This document shows, piece by piece, positions 37,976 through 50,769 of a stretch of DNA of 64,000 nt. The number at the start of each line of letters is the position of its first letter. Position 1 is the first letter of the stretch. Position numbers and translations under genes: made by a program. The notes under the pieces were generated by a model. That model was not told the DNA's origin. It saw nothing but the letters and a program-made list of their open reading frames with translations, and made no database searches. Origin of the DNA: Azolla caroliniana (Eukaryota; Plantae; Polypodiophyta). Where the stretch lies: positions 11,966,001-12,030,000 of the forward strand of contig JBHGNT010000020.1 of NCBI GenBank assembly GCA_043228905.1. The letters are read 5' to 3'.

Positions 37976-39170
37976 ATTACACTAGTCTATAACAAGGTCT
38001 TGCATGAGTGCAAAATCAGATGCATTTTCGATGACAAAAGGCTTGGTTGGGTCAATGTGGATCAAAATGGGAACAAATATAAACAATCACTTTAAACTTT
38101 GAAATGCATTTGTTGCACCTAAATCCATGTAAATAGGCATTCCTTCTCTTGAAGTTATGTGAGAAACATCATGATCTTGGAATAATGCTTAAGAAAGTTA
38201 CAATAGAAATTTTCAAATCCTAAGAAACATCGCATTTTGTGGAATTTAACGGAAAATCTATTAATCTAGAACCATTAAACAGTCATTCAATCCCTAGATA
38301 TATCCTCCAATGGCATTATATATTCTAGAAATGTTGGTTAGGGGTCGGCCAATGATGAGGATTTTGATATGCTAGCATGAAAAAAATCCTAAAAGCCAAT
38401 AATCAATTCGAAACTACGTAAGTGTTGTTTGACATTCAAAACTACACTTCCCTAGTTTCAAATAGAGGCTATTCTCCTATAATCATCGTAGAATTGAGAA
38501 ACAAGGACATTGTCCTCCTCTTGAGCCTTTGAGGAGATGAAGATGTCCTTGATATAAATTATGAAGATGTTGAGAAAACAATTGTCATATCATTCCAAAA
38601 AATATCATTTCCATTTGCACAATCATGAGACTAAAAGGCATAACTATGTATTTGAAATGTTTGTATCAAGTTCAAAAAGAAGCATTCCATTCACCCCTCG
38701 ACTAATCTAAACAAGGTTGCATGGACCTTAAAGGTCTAGCTTCATGAAGTATTTGGCTCCACCAATATGCTCTAAAAGACTCATGATTGTGGTAGAGCAT
38801 ATCTATTTCAAATGGCAAATGAATTCACTCACCAAATTATCACCAATATATCCCTTAAGAACCTAAGCTCTAATGGAGAAAGATTATAAATTGATCCCCA
38901 TGGTCATAGATCCGTAAGGCACCAACACAATTGATGGTCTAAGAGTGTGTTTGGCCTTCACCATATAAAAGGCATATGTAAACTCTTGATTCTTTGTTGG
39001 TAGTTGGCTCTCAAAATTTTGTAAGATGGATCATGAACACAAACATTTCCCTAAGAACTAATTGGCAATACCATGATCATGACCATTTCCTATGCTTCTT
39101 GTGACCATTATAATGAGATAATCCAAACACGATGGAATCCCTAATAGCAATCAACAACGGTTTGGTTTGG
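37976..39170 (-). pseudogene. Degenerate Ty3/gypsy RT and start of RNase H (5' half of the oldest element)
   Basis: Minus-strand remnants are YNLSPLELRFL (~38850-38890), HFKYIVMPF (~38635-38660), IIYIKDIFISSKAQEE (~38515-38565, eroded YIDDILIFSK) and DPTKPFVIENASDFAL (~38005-38055). They continue across the L1 TSD into the PVAFH remnant at 8636. Confidence 0.7.
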
Positions 39171-39342
39171 GCCAATTTTGAAACTTAAACCAAACTGAAC
39201 TAAATTGCACAACTGTAAAACCCAAACATTCAAACTAAACGGTTCAAGAGATTTACAATCCATTAAGCTATTAAGTTATGGTTTGTGGGTTCAAATTTGA
39301 ACCGGATTTGGTATTAAAATTAAAGTAAACAATAAAATTAAA

Positions 39343-40962
39343 GTAATCGGTATGCCGATCCGGATCCGGACCGATTCCGAACAGGTGCCGATTGGCACCG
39401 TTTTGTACGCAGCACCGGTGACCTATATAAAGGCCCAGTTACAATGTAAAACTTTAACGGAGAATTAATATAAACTTATTGGTTTATCTTCATGTATTGA
39501 TTATCGTTATGTTTTAATTGTTATATCTTACACATGTATTAAGTGAATGCCTTATTGCTAAGTAGCCAATTAAGTCGGATTAATCATTTTGTCTTAAGTT
39601 ATCTCGTCATAACACCCCTTTGGTGAAGTGTCTTCCGGAGTCACCCTGTGTTAGGCCATTGTCCGGCCCTAAGGATTAACACAGTTTTTGGCGACCACGA
39701 TTCCTGCACAATCGCAGCGAACAACGGCGAGAATGGATGACGCAACCAACGAACAACCCGGTTACGGAGCGAGCAAGGCGACTTGCTGAACAGCTGAGGA
39801 AGCGAGAGGCTTTCCAGCAAGCGGTAGAAGAAATCCGGCAACTTGTAGCCCAACTAGATGATGATCAACTGGATGCTCAAATCCAATTTGAGAGCTATGA
39901 GCGGACCAAGCTACGGAGAGAAGAAGCAAAGCAGGCGGCGACCGTCAACCTCAGCGATGAGGAGCCATCACCGGAGCAAGGACCGGACGGAGACAAGGCC
40001 GGGACGAGTCAACCGGAGTCAAATCCAGCGGAGCAGCTTACAGAGGAATCACTGCCACAACCGCCGGTACCGGGAGCCGAACAGACGCCCTCTCAGGAAC
40101 AACAGCCACAACAACAACAACAACAACAACAGAGTTCCGAACAACCATTGGATACCCTGGAGCAGAGTATTCTGGACATCTTGGACGAAGGCTAAGGGCC
40201 GGATAGTGGGATTCGACGTACAAGGTACTGTCCCACGGGCGTGCCATATGTTACCCGGCCGGCAAAGGAGCAGAGACCAAAATGTGAAAAGGATAGTTAT
40301 TCGGAATATATTTAATTAAGTAAATTAGATTATAATTATGTAGTGAACGGATGGACCGTAATCGGTATGCCGATCCGGATCCGGACCGATTCCGAACAGG
40401 TGCCGATTGGCACCGTTTTGTACGCAGCACCGGTGACCTATATAAAAGCCCGGTTACAATGTAAAACTTTAACAGAGAATTAATATAAACTTATTGGTTT
40501 ATCTTCACGTATTGATTACCGTTATGTTTTAATTGTTATATCTTACACATGTATTAAGTGAATGCCTTATTGCTAAGTAGCCAATTAAGTCGGATTAATC
40601 GTTCTGTCTTAAGTTATCTCGCCGTAATCGGTATGTCGATCCGGATCCGGACCGATTCCGAACAGGTGCCGATTGGCACCGTTTTGTACGCAGCACCGGT
40701 GACCTATATAAAAGCCCGGTTACAATGTAAAACTTTAACAGAGAATTAATATAAACTTATTGGTTTATCTTCACGTATTGATTACCGTTATGTTTTAATT
40801 GTTATATCTTACACATGTATTAAGTGAATGCCTTATTGCTAAGTAGCCAATTAAGTCGGATTAATCGTTCTGTCTTAAGTTATCTCGCCGTAACACCCCT
40901 TTGGTGAAGTGTCTTCCGGAGACACCCTGTGTTAGGCCATTATCCAGCCCTAAGGATTAACA
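39343..40962 (+). mobile_element. Small non-autonomous LTR element (TRIM-like) with a 266-bp tandem duplication in the 3' LTR
   Basis: Direct repeats at 39343-39681 and 40624-40962 both end GATTAACA, with an extra partial copy at 40358-40623. PBS-like TGGCGACCACG at 39689-39699, TATA-like CCTATATAAA in each repeat, and a purine-rich tract before a possible LTR start TG at 40283. The 5' LTR appears truncated and no TSD was found. Confidence 0.75.
39737..40195 (+). CDS. 152-aa ORF of the TRIM-like element (charged helical N-half, acidic/Gln-rich C-half), function unknown
   Basis: The ATG lies just after the PBS, and the ORF fills most of the internal region without interruption. Its composition looks coding in an AT-rich context. 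No gag/pol motif is recognisable. Confidence 0.6.
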   Translation: MTQPTNNPVTERARRLAEQLRKREAFQQAVEEIRQLVAQLDDDQLDAQIQFESYERTKLRREEAKQAATVNLSDEEPSPEQGPDGDKAGTSQPESNPAEQLTEESLPQPPVPGAEQTPSQEQQPQQQQQQQQSSEQPLDTLEQSILDILDEG

Positions 40963-41481
40963 ACTCCCAAGCCAAATTCATCTATTTACAATTGTGTAAA
41001 TTTAAGCTCTAATCCCTAATCTAAAGTTCTTGAGGGTGAGATACTCAAGAATTGGTCATTTTGTTGGAATTGCTCACTCTTGTCAGCCTCTCGATTTTGA
41101 TGTTCAAACCAAGGAAAACAAAGAACAAATGAATATTTAGGACTACTAATAATGTTGAAGAACACCACACTCATCGAATCACCAAAAGCATAGGATTTGG
41201 TTTACCCTCCTTGCCCCTATCTCCTAATGTGAAAGGACATCCATTAATGATTCCCACAAACATTAAATTTGGGAGGTTATTTAAAAGGGCTTTGTGTGTC
41301 ACGGCAAAATCTTGATCCATGAAACAAGATTTGGGTTGATCTAAGAGAGTGGATGTGAGGAATCAATGACACTTGCATATGTATGTGTGTATGTGTGTTT
41401 CTACGTATAGGGGTGTGTATGTATGTATGTCTCTACATCCCTATAAGAAATTATGTGTCTATATAAAGGTATGTAGTGGTT

Positions 41482-41483
<2 letters not shown>

Positions 41484-41541
<58 letters not shown>
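41484..41541. repeat. (TG)n microsatellite
   Basis: Pure TG run. Confidence 0.95.
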
Positions 41542-41544
<3 letters not shown>

Positions 41545-42953
41545 CTTTGTATAGGAGTGTGTTTGTATGTATGGCTACATGCTTGTAAGCAAGTATGTGT
41601 CTATATAAATGTATGCATTGGTTTATATGTATTATATGCATTTCACCTAATTCATATGAGAAGGGAGGATACATGTGATGACAAGATCAAGATCAAAGGC
41701 AAGGCCATGCTTGAGCTTCGGTTGTCTATAGAGAATGAGGAGATGGCTCAAAACGTATGAGACAAGAATAAGAAAAAGAGGACATTGAAGAATGAGGTAT
41801 TAAATACCAGGGTTTAGACTATATGACATTTAGCATCACATTCCAATGACCCTTGAAACAAAGCTAAAACATTGTAGGTGACATTTAGTGTTGTAGTTAG
41901 CTTCTTGTGATGTTTAACAAAAACATTTTCAATAAAATGGGACTGATGTGAATGCTCTATTGCCTTGTAATGCTGGTGCATAAGATATGTTGGAACTTAA
42001 AATGCTACACAAGTGATTATCACATCACATACATCGATTAATTACCTCTCAAAGAAATTTGAAATCTTTATGAAAGGTTAGAAGCAAATGTTTCACATTG
42101 TTTCATAGTAATACCGAAATCATGTACATAAGAAAAGCCAATCTTCCTTGTATCTCATTATGTTCCTCAACAAGAATCACTCTTAGGGTGCACATAATGA
42201 TCAATGACATTACATGATTGATCCTATGCTAGACAGCCTTGAACGTGATTAGATTTTCATGTTCCATGTTGTGTGCCACTACCCATTATATCAAACTACC
42301 AAGAGAAACTGACGCTGAGTATGTAGTTCCACAACTAAGTGGGCTTGGAAGCACTGATGGAAAACCAAGTTGGTTTTCCTACTCTTGACCTCAAGTGGTT
42401 CCTATGGCACCTTCATCACTTAGCACGACCGAGCATTTCTCAAACCTTAGATTCTCTTTAGTGGTTCCAAGGCCAAGCTTGATCATTGTGAGGGAACTCA
42501 AAGAATGACCTCCCCATTTCACGATAACATAATACATTCAATGAAAACCTTTCACAAACAATCTAGCACTATTTATGCTATGCATGGATATATAATGCAC
42601 ACACACACACACACAAAATTAATGATTGGTCCAATTCAATACAACAAGAGGGCTTCCAACTCCAAGCCACGTTCACAACATCTTATCTACAACATAAGCT
42701 GGTTAAATTGTATTATTCAAAGAGTTCTCCAAAAAAGTCCAAGTAGGGGAATAGTATATCATTGATTCATCACCTTACTAATGCCCAAGGTTGCTTATCA
42801 GAATAAATGCAAGTTAGGATAAAACATTAAGTTCCTTTGGTAGTATATCCATGATTATTATATTTTCCCGCTTCAACAAGAGCGTCTAATAAAAATTTGA
42901 AACCACACCCTTTATACATATTAGATTCATTCAATATCTCCCCTAAACCCAAC

Positions 42954-45900
42954 TCAATGAGCTTCAACTCCGATCTGAGTATCTTTCTTGAACAATGTGA
43001 TATAGTCTTTCCTGCATCATTTAGCATAACATCCCATCATGAAAGAGACATCGTTGTCCAAAAATGTACAAAGAATTTAGACATATTTGTTTTGAGATTA
43101 AGGTTGACAAAAAATATTCTGAATATGGTTGACATCCTCTTACCGTGCTTCTCTTTCCTCTTGAGGACGATTATGTGGAGTCCAAACGGGATCTCCAACA
43201 AATAATCGCAAGGCCTGTCATCTCAAAGAAAGGTAATGCTTAAGCTACTATAGTTCCAACATCCCTAGACATCAAGTTGGTCATTTTGTAGAATTTGGCA
43301 TAGTGTGAAAAAAACCATAAAAATATATTAGACCTCAAGTGTGTGAATGCACTCCCAAATAGAGGTATAGTCTTATTAAGACATCTCTTTCACACTAGGC
43401 CGAATACCGTAGGCACCATCTAGATGTGTAGGGTCATGACCGTTATAATTTCTGTTATAGGGATTACCTTGATGTAGTTGGTCGAATCGAGGGTAAACCT
43501 ATGATAGATACCGGCTGGGAGAACAATCATGTGGCCTTTCTGAGTCCATACACGAATCCAACGATCATCCAAGTCCCTCACATCAAAATAACCTTCATGC
43601 ATGAAAATAAGTGAAGTGTTATTGAATAGTCTTACATCTATTTGACAGGTTACATCAATACTCATAGAAGACCATCACCATGAAGCTCAAACATTAGGAC
43701 ATACATATGACACTATGAAAAGCAAAATCAGTAGTAGTCAGTCATTCCTAATGACTATGACAATAAGACTGGGGAAGCTATAAAAAAGAAGAAAAGTAAA
43801 TGCAGACCACTTCCATCGAGAATAAAGCGGATCTCTTCATCGTCATGGATATGCTCCTCAAAAAATGTCTTCAACTTTGCCTCATAATTCGGTAGCCTGT
43901 CGGGAGCGATGTCGATAATGTCCTGTTAGCATAAACTGGGGTCAAAAAATTAATGTATAGTGGAAGGAGCTCATGCACAATCTATATTATAGCTTACTTG
44001 ATAGGTGTAGCCTCTATCTTTCTTAATCTTCTCTAATAATGGATCTTGTTCATAGTTATCGGCATCTATGACCCAGTGCAATACTCCCAATTCTGGAGAG
44101 AAGACATCCGATTTATTATCAGTAAACCAAACACAATTTCTTGGAGAATTAAAACTTAACACTCTCAATTTTTATACATCACACGGGAATGAATGTACAT
44201 GGAAGCTAAATAACATAAGCATTAAGTGGTTTTATAGCAGACTTCAGGCATTTGCTGTAAATCTTGTGCTTGCATTGTCTTTCTTTCAACTTCGTTCTAA
44301 TTTGTTACCTTTTCCCTGAAATCGTTTTGTAGATTTTGAGGAACTTACAGTCAAAGCAAATGATACAAAAATTCAAAGTTGCTCGATTTCGAGGCACACA
44401 TATATATGTCGCATGTGCATCAATGTGCGTTAATTTAATAAATGCCTTTACAAACTATAGTATGTTTCCCAATTCCCCCCTTTACAGAATATTAATACAT
44501 GATAAATAGTTCACAATATTACGACATGTGTAAAGTTATGCCGACATTTACTCCCTCTTAAACTACCAAATTAACTGCAATCTTGAATTTCGTTCCATAT
44601 TGTCCAAAGTATCCATCATGTGGAAATTGAACACTGTCATGGTCTTCTCTTAACCGGCAAATTTCTAATATTCACGATGACTGCTGCCCATATTTACAAA
44701 TTATCACTTTTCAAGCCCATCAATGAACCCACAACTAAACATATCAATTTGCACGATTTTACCTAATGGTCGTGAACATAAATTAACCTCTCCATAACCT
44801 CTCCAGCAAGGTTTCCCTTTCATGTAATTTAAGTTTCAATTGTAGTTAGGCAGATAGGTTGCAAGTAGCTATAGTCTTTTCTAACCCTATAGCAACTTGC
44901 AACCTATAATAACCTTTTGTAACATATTACTCAGAAGTTCTATTTTGAATCATTTCGTGACCCAATTAAACTTGCATCAATTTAATTTGCTTCTTAACGC
45001 CATTAAATTAAGTGTAAATGCTCTAAAGAAGGTCCGAATTGAAGGCTAATGGGTTTAGCTTAATAGACTTTCATTACATGGGGGTGTTCTGTTATAGCAA
45101 TATGTTCTAATTTTGTAATTTATGTAAATTTGAGAACTATGTCTAAAAAGAAAAAGAAAAAGTAACAATAAATAAGCCAAAAAGCTCATAGCCACATAGT
45201 AAAAAGGTGTGAAGATTTTCTTCTTAAAAGCAAATCATGGAAAGCTTTTCAGGACCCACTAATGAAGCCATGGCTACCAATCCAAAAGGCATTCATGTCT
45301 AACTGTATTCATCATGTTATTCAATTTTCTTCGAAAAAAAACTTGGGACCGTTCAGGCGAACAAAGAAACCTAATGATCACTAGGGGGGCGGGGGTAACC
45401 AAGAAGCTTCACAGCATTCAAGGGAAATTCGAAAGATCTTTAGGCCATTGGGGGTAATGGCAAAAACTTGCTGAAAAATTTAGGGGAGATCACAAAAAAT
45501 TAGGGGCCGCCATGAAAAAATCCAGGAAATTTGAGGGGAGGAGAATACTTTGCTGGTTATGGCAACGTTGTGTTTTGCTTTGCGGAAACACTAACGAGAG
45601 AAACTCAGAGGAGAGGGAGGGGCATTTTGGGAAATAAAGCAAAACTGTGCCTGCCTGGGTGGGGGCATCTCAGAGGATTTCCTAAACCCCTGTATCATTC
45701 AATTAGGGTTTTCAGTTGTTGTTACTAACCTGATAGGGTGCTGTGGGAGACATATTGTTTGGGGTTCAGATGATGCGGCAGCCGTTGATCTTCATCTGAA
45801 TCGTCCATATACCATGCCTCCATCTCTACCCTGGGTGACCCAGTGGAAGAAACCTAATGTCGGCACCACAAGAAAACAAAAACATAGATTTATCAGTGAA

Positions 45901-46496
45901 ATAGTTATAAACAATTTCGATTATGCTATTACATAGATTGAACTTTTTTTGGTTTACGATCTGTAATAAGAATCCATGATTAATGATATCTTTTCTTCTA
46001 CTAATTTATTGATTGTATGATTGAAGATCTAAACCATTTGTTCTAAAATTGAAGACACAAATTTGGCATCAGATTAGATCATGGTTTAGACTAAATAAGG
46101 TCCAGGTTTTATTAGACTAAAAGATCAAGATCAACACAGAGATTCGGACAGGTCTCCGATCTTTAAAGAATATATAGATATATGTACAGCAAGGCACAAA
46201 TAATACAGTTCAAAAAATCAAGAAATATGTGAATATACACAGTAACAAGGAACTGATCTTTTCTTTCTGTCTATATATGCATACATACACATATATTGAC
46301 TGCCCCACAAAAGGAAGCAATATTGCAACGAAGAACAGAAAATCCCAGATGGGGTTACTTGATCTTATATATCTCGCCCAAAGCAGAAACAAGCAAAGAA
46401 AAAAGTAGACGAAATGTTGCAGAGGTTTGCAAGTATTAGATATAATCTAAGAAAACAAAACTAAAACAACAGAAATGAATTGAAAAACTAAAAACA

Positions 46497-46530
<34 letters not shown>

Positions 46531-46650
46531 AAATCTTTGCCTTTTCTTTTCGTTTTACATGACAATGAATGCAGTAGAAATCAAACCCACGATGGTTTTT
46601 AGTAGAGATACATAGAATAGAGATGAGAAACCTACATCATTAGAAGCCAT
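42954..46650 (-). CDS. ARD: Acireductone dioxygenase (methionine salvage), 7 exons, 200 aa: complement(join(42954..43011,43144..43214,43468..43592,43808..43922,43998..44092,45730..45853,46636..46650))
   Basis: The spliced product is MASND|[28 protein letters not shown]...ELGVLHW...RGYTYQ|[39 protein letters not shown]|YFDVRD...[19 protein letters not shown]|[17 protein letters not shown]...R|[18 protein letters not shown]. All introns are GT-AG with consistent phases, and the metal ligands H-x-H-x3-E and H are present. The 15-nt first exon is the least certain part. Confidence 0.95.
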
Positions 46651-46821
46651 TAAGAGTGAGGGTTGATTGAATTCGCAGAGAGAAAGGGAGTGAGGAAAGT
46701 AGAACAGAAATCAGAACAGAGATTAGAGGGAAAAAAGAAGGGTATGCTTATATAATATGTTAAACACTTTAGTTATGAATATAATAATGATCATCATAGG
46801 ATTTGACACTGATATCTCTTA

Positions 46822-46824
<3 letters not shown>

Positions 46825-46917
<93 letters not shown>

Positions 46918-47101
46918 TGCATACATGTATGTGTGTATGTATGTATGTATGTGTATATGTATGCATTAGATGTAGAGTATGTATATATATATATGTGTAT
47001 GTATGTATGTATGTATATATGTATGTATGTATGTATGTATGTTTGTATGTTTGTATGTTTACATGTATGTATGTATGTATGTATGTATGTATGTATGTAT
47101 G

Positions 47102-47133
<32 letters not shown>

Positions 47134-47347
47134 AGTTTATGTATGTATGTATGTTTGTATGTTTGTATGTTTGTATGTTTACATGTATGTATGTATGTAT
47201 GTATGTATGTATGTATGTATGTATATATGTATGTATGTATGTATGTGTGTGTGTGTGTGTCTATGTGTCTATGTATGTATGTATGTGTGGTCCATTGTGT
47301 GTGAGTTTATGTATGTATGTATGTGTGTGTGTATGAGTTTATGTATA

Positions 47348-47383
<36 letters not shown>

Positions 47384-47545
47384 TGTATGTGTGTGTGTGT
47401 GTATGAGTTTATGTATGTACGTATGTGTGTGTGTGTATGTACATATGTATGTGTGTGTGTATGAGTTTATGTATGTATGTATATATATGTATGTGTGTAT
47501 ACATGTGTGTGTGTGTGTGTGTAATATGTATGTATGTATGTATGT
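46825..47545. repeat. Compound microsatellite (CT)n-(CA)n-(TATG)n/(TG)n upstream of ARD
   Basis: Directly visible; it is the source of the MYVC-type spurious ORFs. Confidence 0.95.
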
Positions 47546-49018
47546 GAAGAGAAGAAGAATTCATTCATTGAATGTATCCCACATCTTGGAGGTGTTCCTT
47601 ATCTTCTCTCTTTGGATTGCTTCTTCTCACGAATGGGACTCTCGGAGCATATTATTACTATTACTAGGAATCTAAAAGGACTTCATTTGCACCACGATCT
47701 CACTCGCGTTCACATACAATAAATATCATAGGAGAGCTCGGCATTCATCGTCGTCACTTTATTTGCACGGACCACTTGCTCTTGTGCATTCATATGATAT
47801 CTTAGGAGAACTGATTTCAAGGAGTTGTCCTTTCATCATCGGCATCGGTGTTACTGTTCGATTTTGACATTACCCAGTACCGGTTGTTTTGCCTGATGTG
47901 GATGGAAATTTTACTCGTCAATCCCCATGTTGGAGGGGCCACTACACCATAGAGTGTGGGAATGCACCCTCAAGCAGGGCTCATTAAGCACATAAGAACG
48001 TGTGGGCTCATTTGTTGTTTCATTCTTATTATTGAGGAACCTTGGATGGCTCTACGTAGAATTGGAAAGATAAAAGTGTGATTGCACTCCATATTTTGCC
48101 CATGGGTCAATGTTGTGTAATGATTGAATCACAACCTAAGAGGTATTAAACTTGTAGCGTGAACACACACTTAACGAATAATTACCCATATGTAGTGTGT
48201 ATGGCTAACATAAGAAGGATCATAAAAAGAAATTTAGCCTCTTGCACGTGAATATACACGTTTGGGCTAGAAGAAACGAATACATTAAAACATGTAATAT
48301 ATTCACAAAAGGTTTTGATTGGCCACATATTGTTGCTACCAACAGTGTAAGTTTTTTACACCCAATTGGATCTCCAACATGTGAATGCACTCTCAATGTC
48401 GTTTCACAACCACTATGAGGGCATGTTGTGATATTGAGAATTAACAAATTGAGGTTTAAAATCTTGGGGTTAAAAGATCAATGATGTGAAGGCAAAACGT
48501 CGTCGAACCAACAATATAGTAAATGGAAGGGACCAAGTTGCATTTGAACTCATCATGACCAATAGACCATTAAACTTTCTCGTTCACACTTTCTCACATA
48601 TTGCATGCACTTTCTTAACTGAAACTTGATTACGAGGAAGTGATGGAATCTAATTACTACAAAAAAAAAACAAGTCTCAATAACAAGATATGAGCGAATT
48701 GATGGTACTGATGATGTTGCAGAATTAATGAGGCTGAATTTTAGAAAGAGGTGGTGTACTACACCGATGGCCACAACGAATGGAATGGATATACAGGGGA
48801 AGTATGTAGTACCCAGATGGTTGTTCCCCCCTCCCATTAGTTGAACGAGGGGCGTGAAAGAGATGTCATGTGGGATAGTGAATGTAGGTAATGTGTATGA
48901 AAGGATGGCTAGAGACACATGTGAAAGTGTAAGATAAATAAGTGAGATTTCTTATGTAGGATAGGATAGTCTAGGCAAGGCATACCCGAGAAAGGGATCG
49001 AGTTTGTGTATATTTTAA

Positions 49019-50072
49019 GGGAAAAGTGCCAGGATACCCCTGGAAGTTCGTCTATTTACCAGAATGCCCCTGGAAGTTCCAAATTTACCAACTACCCTTA
49101 TGTCCAACTCAAATCTACAAGCCTTATTTACCAGAGTACCCTTAAACCTAAACTTATTTACCATAATGCCACTATATACCTATTTTGACCAATTTATACC
49201 ACTTTTATTTTTCAAAGTACATCATAAATCAAACTAAATTATCAAAATTATATTATATATCAAAAATTTCAATTGAAAGGTCACCTTAAAATCCAATTCT
49301 ATGAATTTACATTGAGTTATATTGGCTTAATCCCACATAAAACCATAATTTGTGATTGAAGTGACCAAAACTTAATCTTAAAACCAAAACATTTGATCGC
49401 ACACCAAATTTTACCATTGGGATGCCATTTTGAAGCCAAAATCCATGAATTTGTGGATTCACAAACAATTTGTGGCCAAAATGTTAAACCAAATCTCATG
49501 AAAAACTTTGCTACCAAAATGTCATTTTAAACGAAATCTCACATAACACTTTGCTATTAAAATGTCATCTTAAACCAAATTTCATGATTTTACACTAAAT
49601 TTTGTTAGCAAAATGCAATCACAACTAAATCTCCTCAATCTCCTCAATTTCAAAAATACTTGCAAACCAAAATTAATTATCGAAATGTAATAATTTAATG
49701 TTAATTTTGATCCGTCTACAAAAAATGTAATTCCAAAAATATCCACAAAATCAAATATATCTATCGACTCAACAAAATATCTAATAATGCACAAGGAAAC
49801 CCCATATCCTGATGATGAAGACGATTGATCAACCCAATGAACAAGAAAGAAAAGAAAGACTACACTGTTAGGGACAAAGGACCCAAAGAATCGCTTGAGT
49901 AAAGAAATTTGTGTTTGAAGGGTATTCTGGTAAATAGGGCTTGTAGATTTGAGTGTATAATGACTTTATAAAGTGTATTTTTGTGGACATAGGGGAAGTT
50001 TGGTAAATTTGGAACTTCCAGGGGCATTTTGGTAAATAGACGAACTTCCATGGGTATCTTGGTACTTTTCCC
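49019..50072. mobile_element. Non-autonomous Mutator-like (MULE) DNA element
   Basis: Imperfect TIRs over 100 bp (GGGAAAAGTGCCAGGATACCC... / ...GGGTATCTTGGTACTTTTCCC). Perfect 9-bp TSD ATATTTTAA (49010-49018, 50073-50081). AT-rich non-coding interior. Confidence 0.92.
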
Positions 50073-50735
50073 ATATTTTAACTAATGGAGTATATTCTTT
50101 TTTGGAAAAAAAGAAATGAGTGACATTAAAAAAAAACAACTCATAATCTTCAACATTTAAAATTTGTTTTCAATTCCATGAGAATTTGCGAAGTGTGGAA
50201 TTCTTTATTCTTTTTAGTTTTCTTTATTATCGGAAAAAACGAACACAAAGTTTAAAACTTTATATTTTTAATTATTAGAAGAAATAAAAAACACGATCAG
50301 AAAGTGTGAGCATAACTTGTTTTTAATCATCACACAAAAATTTAAAACCTTGTTCCTATGGGGAATGCAGGGCATAATAAACTCATTATTTTTTTAATGG
50401 CTACGAAAAAACAACACTTGGGTTTCCAATGGAAGGCCTAAACTCACGTTTGATTTAATGATTACACAAAAAAGAAAACTTGGTTTTAGTGGGCGAAAAG
50501 AACACCTAAATTTAAGTTTTTTTTAATAGTGATGCAAAGGTTTCGATGGATGAAAGGGTGGGTTGACCTCGACTCATGTTTTTTATATAGTTATGTGAGA
50601 AAAAAATTGTATTGGTGTACACCATGTGCCAACAATAATACAATGCTCACCCCCATTGAACTCGCATGTCCTCTGTTTTGTTTCGTGAAGTTATTTGTCT
50701 TTGTATATTGTGATTTATTCTTCGTCACTTGCACC

Positions 50736-50769
<34 letters not shown>

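Noticed and set aside
39343-39681. Cassandra-type 5S rRNA segment in the TRIM-like LTR
   Set aside because: No 5S A/IE/C box sequence is recognisable.
46757-47722. MYVC-rich ORFs (also 41373-41760)
   Set aside because: (TATG)n and (TG)n microsatellite translations.
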